Assembly: GCA_016210855.1 (NCBI GenBank)
Contig: JACQTJ010000098.1
Location: forward strand, 1 to 57,283
DNA from: Acidobacteriota bacterium
Lineage (GTDB): Bacteria; Acidobacteriota; Terriglobia; Acidiferrales; 2-02-FULL-67-57
DNA: 57,283 nucleotides
Direction of reading: 5' to 3'
Part shown: one piece after another, positions 35,266 through 45,203 of the stretch
How positions within the stretch are numbered: the stretch's first letter is position 1
Layout: every line of letters starts with the position of its first letter
Made by a program: the position numbers and the translations under genes
The notes under the pieces: generated by a model
What the model was told of the DNA's origin: nothing
The model's input: the letters and a program-made list of their open reading frames with translations, nothing else
The model's database searches: none

Positions 35266-36066
35266 ATGAACCGACTCACCGCGACCCTGATCACCCGCAA
35301 CGAAGAGAAGAACCTCCCCCGCGCCTTGGCCTCGCTCGCCGGCCTGGCCGATGAGATCGTGGTGGTGGACTCGGGCAGCACGGATCGCACGTGCGCGGTC
35401 GCCCGCCAGCACGGCGCCCGCGTGGTGGAGCGCGCCTGGACAGACTTCAGCGACCAGAAAAACTTCGCAGCCGCCCAGGCCAGCCACGACTGGATCCTGA
35501 ACCTCGATGCCGACGAGGAACTGAGCCCGGAGCTCCAAGCCGAGGTTCGGGGCTGGAAGGAGGAGACGCCGGCGGCGGTCGCCTACGCCATGCCCCGCAA
35601 GGCCCGCTACCTGGGCCGCTGGATTCTTCATTCGGGTTGGTACCCGGACCGCAAGGTCCGGCTCTACCGGCGCGACCGGGCCCGCTTCGTCGGGGCCCTG
35701 CACGAATCGGTTGCCGTGGAAGGGCCTGTAGGGCGCTTCCGAGGTGACTTCTACCACTATACCTTCGCCACGCTGGCCGAGCATGCAGCACAAATCGACT
35801 CCTATACGACGCGCGCCGCCGCGCAGCTTTTCGCTCGCGGCCGCCGCCATTGGCTGCTGCCGCTGGTCTTCAGCCCCCCCTGGATGCTGCTGCGCACCTA
35901 CGTCCTCGAGCAGGGCTTTCGTGACGGCGTGGCTGGCTGGTGGATTGCGCGCCTCACCGCACGGGCCAGTTTCCTGAAGTACGCCAAGCTCCGGCGCCTG
36001 GTGCGAGGAAGCCGACTTGGCGAAAAGGCCCCCCTACCCACTCCGCCCGCTCCGAGGCCTCGGTGA
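35266..36066 (+). CDS. family-2 glycosyltransferase
   Basis: TLITRNEEKNLPRAL...VVVDSGSTDRT...LNLDADEE motifs. Confidence 0.88.
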   Translation: MNRLTATLITRNEEKNLPRALASLAGLADEIVVVDSGSTDRTCAVARQHGARVVERAWTDFSDQKNFAAAQASHDWILNLDADEELSPELQAEVRGWKEETPAAVAYAMPRKARYLGRWILHSGWYPDRKVRLYRRDRARFVGALHESVAVEGPVGRFRGDFYHYTFATLAEHAAQIDSYTTRAAAQLFARGRRHWLLPLVFSPPWMLLRTYVLEQGFRDGVAGWWIARLTARASFLKYAKLRRLVRGSRLGEKAPLPTPPAPRPR

Positions 36067-36887
36067 CCGCCGCCCTGGTGTTCCTCTTCGGGTTGTGCCT
36101 GGGCAGCTTCCTGAACGTTTGCATCCACCGGCTGCCGAAGGGTGAGTCGGTAGTGCGGCCGCGGTCGCATTGTCCGCGCTGCGGCCAGCCCATCGCCGCT
36201 TACGACAACATCCCGCTCCTGAGTTACCTGGTTCTGGGGGGGCTGTGCCGTCACTGCCGGGCGCCGATTTCTGTTCTCTACCCGGTGGTGGAGTTGCTCA
36301 CCGGGCTGGCGCTGCTGTTGGCATACCGGCGCTTCGGGTTCTCTCCCGGAGCGCTGAAGGTCGCCCTGCTGGCCGCCGCCCTGATCGTTCTCTTCTTCAC
36401 CGATCTACGCGACCGCCTGCTGCCGGATCGCATTACCCTCCCGGGCATGGCTGCCGGGATTCTCTTCGCCCTGTGGCTGCCGGTTGGAGACGGAATGGCC
36501 GGGCTGCTGTGGAGCCTGCTGGGCCGCAGGCCGGCGCCTCCCATCCTGCTCTCGCTCGGCGACGCTCTGCTGGGGGCGCTGCTCGGCGGCGGCCTGCTTC
36601 TCGGGCTGCGTCAAGCCTGGCTCCTCGTGCGGCGCATCGAGGCCATGGGTTTGGGGGACGTCAAGATGATGGTGATGGTGGGACTTTTTCTTGGCTTGAA
36701 GCTCACCTTGCTTACCCTGGTCCTGGGTTCGCTGGTGGGTACTGTGGTGGGCGGACTGTTCATCGCGCTGGCCCGGAAGGGAAGCCAGTACGAGCTCCCC
36801 CTCGGGACCTTCATGGCCCTGGCCGCCCTGGTGGCCCTGTTTTGGGGCCGGGCGCTGCTCGGGGCCTACCTGAACTTGTTCCCCTGA
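36063..36887 (+). CDS. pilD: prepilin peptidase (A24 family)
   Basis: GTGA overlap with the GT2 stop. LGSFLNVCIHRLP, CPRCG...CRHC zinc motif, and GLGDVKMM catalytic Asp motif. Confidence 0.88.
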   Translation: MTAALVFLFGLCLGSFLNVCIHRLPKGESVVRPRSHCPRCGQPIAAYDNIPLLSYLVLGGLCRHCRAPISVLYPVVELLTGLALLLAYRRFGFSPGALKVALLAAALIVLFFTDLRDRLLPDRITLPGMAAGILFALWLPVGDGMAGLLWSLLGRRPAPPILLSLGDALLGALLGGGLLLGLRQAWLLVRRIEAMGLGDVKMMVMVGLFLGLKLTLLTLVLGSLVGTVVGGLFIALARKGSQYELPLGTFMALAALVALFWGRALLGAYLNLFP

Positions 36888-37005
36888 GTCGGGGCCGACC
36901 AGAGCGGAGCGTTGCGGAGTTTCGCCTTGATTTCACCCTCTGCCAGAGGTAAACTTGTTCTAGAGCGGCGCCAAAGAGCGTTGAGCTGAAAACGAGGTGA
37001 CGCCT

Positions 37006-37584
37006 ATGAAGAAAGCCATTGGATTGCTCAGCGTGCTGCTGCTGGCCGCCGGGTTCGCCTGGGCGCAGTCGCAGCAGCTGAGACTTGGCGAGCTGGCGCG
37101 GAAGGTTCGCACCGAGCGGGCCTCGAGAGACCTGTCCCGCGTACCCTTCTTTACCAACGACACCCTGCCCAAGCAGGGCGGAATCTCAGTAGTGGGAGGG
37201 GCTGGGGCAGCAGCTGCCGGCGAAGCTGGAGCCGCGGGCGCCGAAGGGCAGACGGCGGCCGCCGGGAGCGAGCCTCCCCAGTGCGACGAGCCATGCTGGC
37301 GCGGCAAGTTCCGCGAACAGCGGGCGAAGATTCAGACGGCGCAGCGCGAGCTCGACATCCTGCAGCGCGAATACAATTTGGCCCGCACCCAGTACTACCA
37401 GGATCCCAACCAGGCGATGCGGGAGCAGTATTCAGGCACCGGCGCCGGGGGAAACCAGCTTCAGCAGCTGCTGAACCAGATGAACGACAAGAGGGCTGAG
37501 ATCGAGCGGCTCCAGGGCGAGCTCGGCGAACTGGAAAACCAGCTGCGGCGTGAAGGCGGCCAGCCGGGCTGGGCGCGCGAGTAG
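37006..37584 (+). CDS. secreted coiled-coil protein
   Basis: GAGGTGA SD. Signal peptide MKKAIGLLSVLLLAAGFAWA, then an Ala/Gly-rich linker and a C-terminal heptad-like region. Confidence 0.6.
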   Translation: MKKAIGLLSVLLLAAGFAWAQSQQLRLGELARKVRTERASRDLSRVPFFTNDTLPKQGGISVVGGAGAAAAGEAGAAGAEGQTAAAGSEPPQCDEPCWRGKFREQRAKIQTAQRELDILQREYNLARTQYYQDPNQAMREQYSGTGAGGNQLQQLLNQMNDKRAEIERLQGELGELENQLRREGGQPGWARE

Positions 37585-37603
37585 ATCTTCGGATCTGTCG
37601 CTG

Positions 37604-37635
37604 AGGCCGCTCCCGGTGAGCGGCCTTTTCTTTTC
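37604..37635 (+). terminator. rho-independent terminator
   Basis: AGGCCGCTC-CCGGT-GAGCGGCCT followed by TTTCTTTTCT. Confidence 0.75.
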
Positions 37636-38382
37636 TCAGGACTTTCGGCCCTGGTGCAGGGCCACGGTCCCACCGGTCCACAGCTGGTAGCTCACCGCCG
37701 TGAACCCCGCCAGTTCCATCCAGTGGGAGAACTCCTCGCAGCCGGGGAACCGCTCCACTGAGGCGGGCAGGTAGCTGTAGGGGGTTCGGGCCCCGGAGAC
37801 GGCATAGCCAATCCAGGGCAGCAGCCGCCGAAAGTAGAACCTGTAGAGGGCGGCGAACAGGCCTTCCTGCGGAAGGGCAAACTCCAGGATGGCCACTTCG
37901 CCGCCCGGCTTCAAGACTCGATGCATTTCCTCGAGCCCGCGGCGATAGTTGGCCAGGTTGCGGAAGCCGAAGGCCACGGCCACCGCGTCGAAACTCCGGT
38001 CGGCGAAAGGGAGCATCAGAGCGTCGGCTTCTATCAGCCCGACCCGCCGCCCCGCGGCCTTTTTTGCCGCCCGCACCAGCATGGGATGGACAAAGTCGCA
38101 GCCGACCACGGCGCCGGCGCTCACCCGGCGGAGGGCGAGCGTCAAGTCGGCTGTGCCGCAGCAGAGGTCGAGGGCCCGGCTGTCGGCAGCGGCCAGTGGC
38201 GCGGCCAGGGCTTGCGCGGTGCGACGCCGCCAGACCTGGTCCAGGGAAAAAGAGAGCAGGCGGTTGAGCAGGTCGTAGCGGGGCGTGATGCGGGCAAACA
38301 TCTTCCGCACGTACCGCGCAGTGTCTTCTTCTCCGCGGACGCCTTCCGCCCGAGTCCCCGGCGGGAGGTTTTTCTCGCTCAT
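37636..38382 (-). CDS. ubiE: demethylmenaquinone/ubiquinone methyltransferase
   Basis: MFARITPRYDLLNRLLSF and LDLCCGTADL SAM motif. Confidence 0.88.
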   Translation of the reverse strand: MSEKNLPPGTRAEGVRGEEDTARYVRKMFARITPRYDLLNRLLSFSLDQVWRRRTAQALAAPLAAADSRALDLCCGTADLTLALRRVSAGAVVGCDFVHPMLVRAAKKAAGRRVGLIEADALMLPFADRSFDAVAVAFGFRNLANYRRGLEEMHRVLKPGGEVAILEFALPQEGLFAALYRFYFRRLLPWIGYAVSGARTPYSYLPASVERFPGCEEFSHWMELAGFTAVSYQLWTGGTVALHQGRKS

Positions 38383-39506
38383 CGGGTCGACGCTGCCCGG
38401 ATCAGGTCCCGGAGGGCGGCGAGCACGGTCGCCCGGGGCAGGCCGCCGGCGACCTCCACCCGCCCGATGCCCCGGGGCAACACAAAGCGGAGCTCACCGT
38501 CCTGCTTCTTCTTGTCGGCGAAGAGCTGCGCGTAGAGGCGCTCGGCCGGCAGTCGGGGCAGGTCCGGGAGCCGTCCCATCGCCCCCGCCAGGGCGACGAT
38601 GCGTTCCGCCGTGGTCGGCGCGAGACGGCCCAGGCGTGCGGCCAGGCGAGTGGCGGCGATCATTCCCCAGCCCACCGCCTCGCCGTGCCGCAAGCCCCGG
38701 TAGTCGCTGAGTGTCTCCAGGGCGTGCCCCACCGTGTGTCCGAGGTTCAGCACCCGGCGCAGGTTCTGCTCCCGCTCGTCCCGGGACACGATTCCTGCCT
38801 TCAGTCGGATCGAGCGCTCGAGTACAGTGCGCAGAGCCCGCGGCTCACGGGCCAAGACGGCCTTAAGGTTCTTTTCCAGGAACTGGAACAATCCCGGGTC
38901 GCCGATGACGGCGCATTTGACCACTTCGTAGAGCCCCGCCCGGTACTCCCGGGCTGACAGGGTCTCGAGCGTTCGGGGATCCACCAGGACCGCCAGCGGC
39001 TGGTGGAACGCTCCCAGCAGGTTCTTGCCGCCCCGCAGGTTCACGCCGGTCTTGCCCCCAATGGCGCTGTCGATCTGGCCCACCAGCGTTGTGGGGATTT
39101 GCAGGTAGGCGACGCCCCGCATGTAGCTCGCGGCCAGGAAGCCGGTGACGTCGCCCACCACTCCTCCGCCCAGCGCCGCCAGCACGGCGCCGCGGTCGGC
39201 CCCGCGCCGCAGCAGCTCACCCGCCAGCTGCTCGACCGTGGACAGGCGCTTCCCTTCTTCGCGGTCGTCCATCATCAAGGCCTGTAGGCGCAGCCCCGCC
39301 GAGCGTACCCCGGGGGCGAGCTCCGTTCCCCACAAAGCCCACACCCGGGGCGAACTGACTACGAACAATTGCCGACAACCGGGTCGCAGGCGCTTGAGCC
39401 GCCGCCCGGCCTGCCGGAGCAGGCCGCCGCCGACCCAGACGGGATAGCGGGCGCTCGCGGTGCGCACCCAGATAGGTGCAGCTCGGATGATTCCTGGACT
39501 CCTCAT
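38379..39506 (-). CDS. aroB: 3-dehydroquinate synthase
   Basis: GGGVVGDVTGF, IPTTLVGQIDSAIGGKTGVN and LNLGHTVGHALE motifs. 4-nt overlap with ubiE. Confidence 0.9.
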   Translation of the reverse strand: MRSPGIIRAAPIWVRTASARYPVWVGGGLLRQAGRRLKRLRPGCRQLFVVSSPRVWALWGTELAPGVRSAGLRLQALMMDDREEGKRLSTVEQLAGELLRRGADRGAVLAALGGGVVGDVTGFLAASYMRGVAYLQIPTTLVGQIDSAIGGKTGVNLRGGKNLLGAFHQPLAVLVDPRTLETLSAREYRAGLYEVVKCAVIGDPGLFQFLEKNLKAVLAREPRALRTVLERSIRLKAGIVSRDEREQNLRRVLNLGHTVGHALETLSDYRGLRHGEAVGWGMIAATRLAARLGRLAPTTAERIVALAGAMGRLPDLPRLPAERLYAQLFADKKKQDGELRFVLPRGIGRVEVAGGLPRATVLAALRDLIRAASTR

Positions 39507-39550
39507 CGCCTCGCGCTAGTTATACCACCACTGGCGGAGCGGCAAATCAG

Positions 39551-39579
39551 TTGAAAGACCTCCAAGGGCTGGCTATCAT
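39551..39579 (+). promoter_or_regulatory. candidate promoter of nadB
   Basis: TTGAAA, a 17-nt spacer, then TATCAT, about 24 nt before the ATG. Confidence 0.5.
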
Positions 39580-39602
39580 CGTCTCCAGCGTGAAGGACCC
39601 TC

Positions 39603-41207
39603 ATGAAAGCCGGCGAATCCCGGGAGACCGACTACCTGGTTATTGGTTGTGGCATCGCCGGGCTGCGCGCCGCCATGGAATTGGCAGCTGCGGGCAAGGT
39701 TCTCGTCCTTAGCAAGGCTGAGCTTAGCGAATCCGCCACTCAATATGCCCAGGGTGGCATCGCCGCTGCCCTGAGCGACGAAGACGAAGTCGGCCTCCAC
39801 TACCAGGACACCCTGAAGGCGGGCGACGGCCTCTGCAACGAGGCCGCTGTGCGTCTCCTCGTCGAAGAAGGCCCGCGGTACATCCAGGAACTGATTGAGT
39901 GGGGCACGGCCTTCGACCGGGAAGGCACTCGCCTGGCCTTCACCCGCGAAGGAGCCCACAGCCGCTCCCGGGTTCTGCACGCCCACGGCGATTCCACCGG
40001 CCGGGAGATCGCCCGGGCCCTTTTCGCCCGCGCCCGCGACAGAGTCGAGCTCGCGCCTTTTGTGTTTACCACTGACCTGTTGGTGGAGGATGGCCGTGTC
40101 TCAGGCGTCCGGGCCCTGGACGAGCAGCGCCACAGCCTCGTCGAAATCCGCGCCCGGGCCGTGCTGCTCGCCACGGGGGGCCTGGGGCAGGTTTACGCCG
40201 AAACTACCAACCCGGCGGTCGCCACGGGCGACGGGGTGGCCATCGCCTACCGCGCCGGGGTGGTGCTGCAGGACATGGAGTTCGTGCAATTCCACCCCAC
40301 GGCGCTTTACACTGCCGACGCCCCTCGTTTTCTACTCTCCGAGGCCCTGCGCGGAGAAGGCGGCTGTCTGCGCAACGTAGACTTGGAGCGCTTCCTGCCT
40401 CACTACCACGAGGCTGGCGACCTGGCGCCGCGCGACATTGTCAGCCGCGCCATCATGACCGAGCTGGAGCGCACCGGGGCGGAATGCGTCTATCTTGACC
40501 TGACCGGGCTCGACCCCGAGCACGTCCGGGCCCGTTTCCCCCGCATCCACCGCACCTGCCTCGAGTACAACCTCGATGTCACCACCGATCTCATCCCAGT
40601 CCGTCCCGCCGCCCACTACGCCATGGGCGGCGTGGCCACGGACCTCGAGGGCCGCACTTCCCTGCCCGGGCTCTTCGCCGCCGGCGAAGTCGCCTGCAAC
40701 GGCGTGCACGGGGCTAACCGCTTGGCCAGCAACTCCCTGCTTGAAGGGCTGGTGTTCGGCGCCCGGGCCGGCCAGGCTATGGCCCACGAACAGGTGGCCG
40801 GCAGGAAACGACCGGCGGGTCACCCAGGCCGAGGGGAGGCTGCTTCGCCGAATCAAGCCAGCGTCGCCTCTGGGACACAGAATCTTTCCAAAGACAACGC
40901 GAAAAGGCGGGTGGCGGGGATTCGGGCGGTGATGTGGGACAAGGTCGGAATCATCCGCCGCGCGGCCACGCTCCAGGCCGGGCTCGAGGCTCTGGCCCGG
41001 GTGCCGCGGCCTCTGCCGCTCTCACCGGGCCGGGCAGACTATGAAGAAAGCAACCTGCGCACCGTGGGGGAAGTGATTGCCCGCTGCGCCCTGGCCCGGG
41101 AAGAGAGCCGCGGCGCCCACTACCGGACCGACTTCCCCTTCAAGGACGATGAGCGCTGGGGGAAGCACTCCCACATCGCCCCCGACCAGCCGGTCAGCTT
41201 CGCGTAA
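39603..41207 (+). CDS. nadB: L-aspartate oxidase
   Basis: DYLVIGCGIAGL FAD motif and typical HYAMGGV and RGAHYR motifs. Confidence 0.92.
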   Translation: MKAGESRETDYLVIGCGIAGLRAAMELAAAGKVLVLSKAELSESATQYAQGGIAAALSDEDEVGLHYQDTLKAGDGLCNEAAVRLLVEEGPRYIQELIEWGTAFDREGTRLAFTREGAHSRSRVLHAHGDSTGREIARALFARARDRVELAPFVFTTDLLVEDGRVSGVRALDEQRHSLVEIRARAVLLATGGLGQVYAETTNPAVATGDGVAIAYRAGVVLQDMEFVQFHPTALYTADAPRFLLSEALRGEGGCLRNVDLERFLPHYHEAGDLAPRDIVSRAIMTELERTGAECVYLDLTGLDPEHVRARFPRIHRTCLEYNLDVTTDLIPVRPAAHYAMGGVATDLEGRTSLPGLFAAGEVACNGVHGANRLASNSLLEGLVFGARAGQAMAHEQVAGRKRPAGHPGRGEAASPNQASVASGTQNLSKDNAKRRVAGIRAVMWDKVGIIRRAATLQAGLEALARVPRPLPLSPGRADYEESNLRTVGEVIARCALAREESRGAHYRTDFPFKDDERWGKHSHIAPDQPVSFA

Positions 41208-41229
41208 GACACCTGAGTCCGGCCTTCGC

Positions 41230-42180
41230 CTACTCCCCCGGCCAGCGCTGCGCGAGGCGGGCGATGGTTTCCAGCACCACCTCCCCGACGATTTCGAAGC
41301 TCCGGGGGCTGAGCTTGTCGAGGGTGTCTTCGCGGGTGTGCCAGTAGCGGTTCCCCGGGCCGTAGTCCAAATCAATCAGATCCACGGCCGGGACACCGGC
41401 GTGCACGAACGGCAGGTGGTCGTCCTCGACCCCCGTCTTCTCCTCGAGGAAGTGTGCCCCATAACCCTTGTCGCGGGCCACCTGCCAGACCAGGTCGGTG
41501 AGCCAGGGAGTGGAGTTGAGGTCTCGCCGCACATTGAGGTTTTTGTCGCCGATCATATCCACCACGATGACCGCCTTGAGGCGCTCGAGCACCCCGGCGC
41601 CCTTCCAGGCCTGAACTTGGTGCCGGCTGCCGTAGAGCCCATCGCGGGGACCCCACTGTCGAAAGGCTTCTTCACCATCGAAAAAAACCACCCAGATGGT
41701 CACCGGCTTGGATGGACGACGTCCGAGCACCCGCGCCAGCTCCAACAGCAGCCCGGCGCTCGAACCCCCGTCGTTCGCCCCCACGAAGTCTTCCTGCCGC
41801 AGGGTTTCGTAGTGCCCGGCCAGCACCACGATGTCCTGCGAGCTACCGGGGATCTTTCCGATGATGTTCTTGAGAAACGTGGGCGCTGGACGCTCGGAAT
41901 TGAATTCTTTCGGATACGGGGGCTCGACGCCAAAGTCCACTTCTTCGACTTCGAGCCCGGCCTGGCGCAGTTGGCGGATGATGTAGTGTTGCGCAGCCCG
42001 GTGGGCGTCGGAGCCAGGCGGCCGCGGCCCGAGCTTCACCAGGCTCCGCACATGTTCGAGCGCCCGCGCCCCGCTGACGCCCGCGGCGGCCAACTGACCC
42101 GCTTCGGGGTTCCCAGGCAGAAGAAGACCGGAGGTGGCAGCCCCCAGCAGAAACAGAGTCCCCCAGCGGGGCCGCATCAA
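41230..42180 (-). CDS. M28-family aminopeptidase, secreted
   Basis: Signal peptide. GANDGGSSAGLLLELAR and FFDGEE motifs. Confidence 0.85.
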   Translation of the reverse strand: MMRPRWGTLFLLGAATSGLLLPGNPEAGQLAAAGVSGARALEHVRSLVKLGPRPPGSDAHRAAQHYIIRQLRQAGLEVEEVDFGVEPPYPKEFNSERPAPTFLKNIIGKIPGSSQDIVVLAGHYETLRQEDFVGANDGGSSAGLLLELARVLGRRPSKPVTIWVVFFDGEEAFRQWGPRDGLYGSRHQVQAWKGAGVLERLKAVIVVDMIGDKNLNVRRDLNSTPWLTDLVWQVARDKGYGAHFLEEKTGVEDDHLPFVHAGVPAVDLIDLDYGPGNRYWHTREDTLDKLSPRSFEIVGEVVLETIARLAQRWPGE

Positions 42181-42986
42181 TTATTGGCCTCGACCTGGGC
42201 GGCGGCGCGGGCCTGTCGTCGCCAGCTCACCAGGGAGGAGACGCCGATGCCCACGAGATAAAGCCCGATCATGGGCAGGGCGAACACGGCCATGGTGAAC
42301 GCGTCGGTGGTGGGGGTAATCACGGCCGCGACGACTACAATGGCGAGCACGGCGTGCCGCAGGTAATGGATCATGAAGCGCGGCGTCACCACGCCCAGCC
42401 AGGAGAGGATGAAGATCAGGACCGGCAGTTCGAAAATGACTCCCATCCACAACACCATCGTCAGCCACAAGCTGAAATACTCGTTGATGCTGATGAGCGG
42501 CTCGAAGAGCTCCCGGCCGAACTGGAGCAGGAAGGTCAGAGTCAGAGGCAACACCACCCGATGGGCGAAATAAGCGCCCATCATGAACAAGACGGAGGAG
42601 GAAAGAATGAACGGCAGCACGAAGCGGCGCTCGTGCCGATAGAGTCCCGGGGCGACGAACAACCATACTTGCCAGAAGATGACCGGGGCGGCCAGAAAGA
42701 TGCCCGCATACAGCCCGACCTGCAAGGCGAAGCGGACGGGGACGAGTGGCCCGGTAAAGATCAACCGGTGCGGCATCCCCACCTGGTCGAACGCCGCTTG
42801 GATGGGAGCCGCCAGGAAGGCGTAGATCTCCCGCCAGAACACGAACCCCAGGATGCAGCACACCGCCACCCCCACTAGGCAATAGATGAGGCGCTGGCGG
42901 AGCTCGGCCAAGTGCTCGAAAAACCCCATGACTTCCACCTTGTCGGGGGAGGCCTCGTCTGACGGAGGGTCAATACCGGCGGGCAT
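42177..42986 (-). CDS. tatC: twin-arginine translocase subunit TatC
   Basis: FFEHLAELRQRL and six hydrophobic helices. The start could instead be the Met 19 codons downstream. Confidence 0.9.
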   Translation of the reverse strand: MPAGIDPPSDEASPDKVEVMGFFEHLAELRQRLIYCLVGVAVCCILGFVFWREIYAFLAAPIQAAFDQVGMPHRLIFTGPLVPVRFALQVGLYAGIFLAAPVIFWQVWLFVAPGLYRHERRFVLPFILSSSVLFMMGAYFAHRVVLPLTLTFLLQFGRELFEPLISINEYFSLWLTMVLWMGVIFELPVLIFILSWLGVVTPRFMIHYLRHAVLAIVVVAAVITPTTDAFTMAVFALPMIGLYLVGIGVSSLVSWRRQARAAAQVEANN

Positions 42987-42988
42987 TG

Positions 42989-43228
42989 TCAGGAGCCGAC
43001 CGGGGGCTTGCGAGGTTCAGTCGGAGATGAGTCCGGCTCAGGCGTCGCCTCCCGCTCCAGAGCCCGAACCTCGTCTTCGATGGTGGTGCGCAAGTCGTTC
43101 GACGCCCGGCGGAATTCGGCCAGACCGCGTCCCAGGGTGCGGCCCAGTTCGGGCAGGCGGCGGGGCCCGAACAGCAGCAGCGCCAGCAGGAGGATGAAGA
43201 GAATCTCGGTGAAGCCGAGCGGGCCCAT
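42989..43228 (-). CDS. tatA: twin-arginine translocase subunit TatA/E
   Basis: LLALLLFGPRRLPELGRTLGRGLAEFR. Confidence 0.9.
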   Translation of the reverse strand: MGPLGFTEILFILLLALLLFGPRRLPELGRTLGRGLAEFRRASNDLRTTIEDEVRALEREATPEPDSSPTEPRKPPVGS

Positions 43229-43285
43229 CGCTTCCTCTCTCCTGGCATCTTAGGGGTGCGGAGCAGGCGTGTCAAGGAACGGCGG

Positions 43286-43314
43286 TTGGGGCTTTTCCTC
43301 GCCTGTGCTATACT
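43286..43314 (+). promoter_or_regulatory. candidate promoter of the Ctp protease gene
   Basis: TTGGGG, a 17-nt spacer, then TATACT. Confidence 0.45.
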
Positions 43315-43348
43315 CGAGCCGACGGACAGCGCCGGGGGTCTAACCTAA

Positions 43349-44965
43349 ATGGAGCGCGAGGAGAGAATGCAATCCGGAAAACGGGGCGTGTGGTTGGCAG
43401 TGGCGGTCGTGGCGCTCTCGGCCTCTCTCGGAGGCCTGTATGGCTCCCGGGTGCAGGCCACGGTCGCCGACAACTCCGACACCCAACAGGCGATACGCAC
43501 CTTCACGAAAGTGTACGCCGTCGTGGAGCAGAACTACGCCGACCCGCTGGACCCTGACCGGGCCATGTTCCAGGGCGCCATCCCGGGCATGCTGCGCTCT
43601 CTCGATCCCCACTCGAGCTTCCTGGACTCGCGCTCCTATTCGCTGCTGCGCGAAGAGCAGCGCGGCCATTACTACGGCGTGGGCATGCAGGTGGCTCCCC
43701 GCGACGGCCGCACCATCGTGCTGGCTCCCTTCGTGGGCTCCCCCGCCTACAAAGCCGGCTTGCGGCCTGGCGACATCATCTACCGCGTGGACTCCACCCC
43801 TACCGAGAACCTCAGCACTCCGGAGGTTGCCGACCTGTTGAAGGGGCCCAAGGGGACTGTGGTTCGCGTCCAAGTGCTCCGCGAGGGGCACGACCAGCCA
43901 TTGGAGTTTGTCATTACGCGCGACGAAATCCCCCGGCTGAGCGTTGACTTTTTCTTCCAAATTCGGCCTCGTGTCGGCTACATCCGCCTGGCCGGCTTCA
44001 ACGAAAATACCCACCAGGAGCTGCGCAAGGCCATGGACGGCCTGGACGCCGACCGCCTGGAGGGCTTGATCCTTGACCTGCGCGGCAACCCCGGCGGCCT
44101 GCTCACTGAGGGCGTGGCCGTGGCTGACATGTTCCTCGCCAAGAACCAGCTCATCGTCTCCCACCGCGGCCGAGCTCAGCGTCCGCGCAGCTATCACGCC
44201 ACGGGGGGAAACCAAGGGCGGAACTTTCCTCTGGTGGTCCTCATGGACCGCTTTAGCGCCAGTGCCGCGGAGATTGTCGCCGGCGCGCTCCAGGACCACG
44301 ACCGGGCTCTTATTCTGGGCGAAACCAGCTTTGGGAAAGGCCTGGTGCAAACTGTCTATCCCCTCAGCTACAACACCGGCTTGGCGCTCACCACCGGGCG
44401 CTACTACACCCCCAGCGGGCGCCTCATCCAGCGCGATTTCAGCTCCGTCTCTCTCTACAATTACTACTACGGCAACGACCGCAAGAATGACAACCACGAC
44501 GTGCATACCACCGACAGCGGCCGCACCGTTTACGGCGGTGGCGGCATCACTCCCGACGTCGAGCTGCCCCAGCCCGAACCCGGCTCCTTCCAGGAATCCC
44601 TCCTCCAGAAATTGATCATTTACCCTTGGGAAGTAGGCATCGGCGACTTTGCCAAGCGCTACGTGGCCCGGCACGAGGAAGTCCCCCAGAACTTCGAGGT
44701 GGACGAGGCGGTGCTCGACGAGTTCCGCCGCTACCTGGACGAGCGCGACGTCCGATTCGGCGAGCCCGACATCCAGGAAAACCTGGACTGGCTGAAGCTC
44801 AAGATTAAGAAGGAAATCTTTACCTCGGCGTTCGGGCTGGACGAAGGCCGCCGCGTGGCCCTCTCCGGCGACCCGGTGGTGCGCCGGGGAGTCGAACTCC
44901 TACCGCAGGCGAAAGCCCTGGTCGAAAACGCCCGCCGCGTCATCGCCCGCCAGCAGCAGCCCTAG
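43349..44965 (+). CDS. S41 carboxy-terminal processing protease
   Basis: PDZ segment (GLRPGDIIYRVD). LILDLRGNPGGLL and SASAAEIVAGALQD catalytic motifs. Confidence 0.9.
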   Translation: MEREERMQSGKRGVWLAVAVVALSASLGGLYGSRVQATVADNSDTQQAIRTFTKVYAVVEQNYADPLDPDRAMFQGAIPGMLRSLDPHSSFLDSRSYSLLREEQRGHYYGVGMQVAPRDGRTIVLAPFVGSPAYKAGLRPGDIIYRVDSTPTENLSTPEVADLLKGPKGTVVRVQVLREGHDQPLEFVITRDEIPRLSVDFFFQIRPRVGYIRLAGFNENTHQELRKAMDGLDADRLEGLILDLRGNPGGLLTEGVAVADMFLAKNQLIVSHRGRAQRPRSYHATGGNQGRNFPLVVLMDRFSASAAEIVAGALQDHDRALILGETSFGKGLVQTVYPLSYNTGLALTTGRYYTPSGRLIQRDFSSVSLYNYYYGNDRKNDNHDVHTTDSGRTVYGGGGITPDVELPQPEPGSFQESLLQKLIIYPWEVGIGDFAKRYVARHEEVPQNFEVDEAVLDEFRRYLDERDVRFGEPDIQENLDWLKLKIKKEIFTSAFGLDEGRRVALSGDPVVRRGVELLPQAKALVENARRVIARQQQP

Positions 44966-45021
44966 GCCGGTCTCCCCTTCGGTTGCTCCAACAAGCCTGT
45001 GCTAGAATAGCTGGTTCGAAT

Positions 45022-45097
45022 GGGCGGCTAGCTCAATTGGGAGAGCGCCGCGTTCGCAACGCGGAGGTTGCCGGTTCGAGCCCGGTGCCGTCCACCA
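45022..45097 (+). tRNA. tRNA-Ala (anticodon CGC), CCA encoded
   Basis: Cloverleaf folded by hand: acceptor GGGCGGC/GCCGTCC with the G3:U70 Ala identity pair, anticodon loop TTCGCAA, T-loop TTCGAGC. 76 nt. Confidence 0.9.
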
Positions 45098-45203
45098 GCT
45101 CCCTTCCCTTCCAAAGGGCCCTCGTCTAGTTTCGCAGGCGCTCCCCCGCCCTAGCTCCACTTGGAAGCTCTCGCGGAAGTAGAGCCGCTCGGTCATGGCC
45201 GGC

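Noticed and set aside
34924-35850. N-terminal 309 codons of the 650-aa track ORF (33898..35850)
   Set aside because: This part is antisense to the GT2 gene and crosses the repeat-bearing intergenic region. The alpha/beta-hydrolase similarity begins only at MLRQVIQQLE (ATG at 34923).
43340-44674. 444-aa minus-strand ORF
   Set aside because: It is antisense to the S41 C-terminal processing protease.
45002-45196. 64-aa minus-strand ORF
   Set aside because: It overlaps the tRNA-Ala gene on the opposite strand and is spurious.
45022-45203. tRNA-Ala as an integration hotspot for a genomic island
   Set aside because: I could find no repeat of the tRNA 3' half downstream, there is no integrase, and the neighbouring genes (thrC, the Ctp protease) are core functions.
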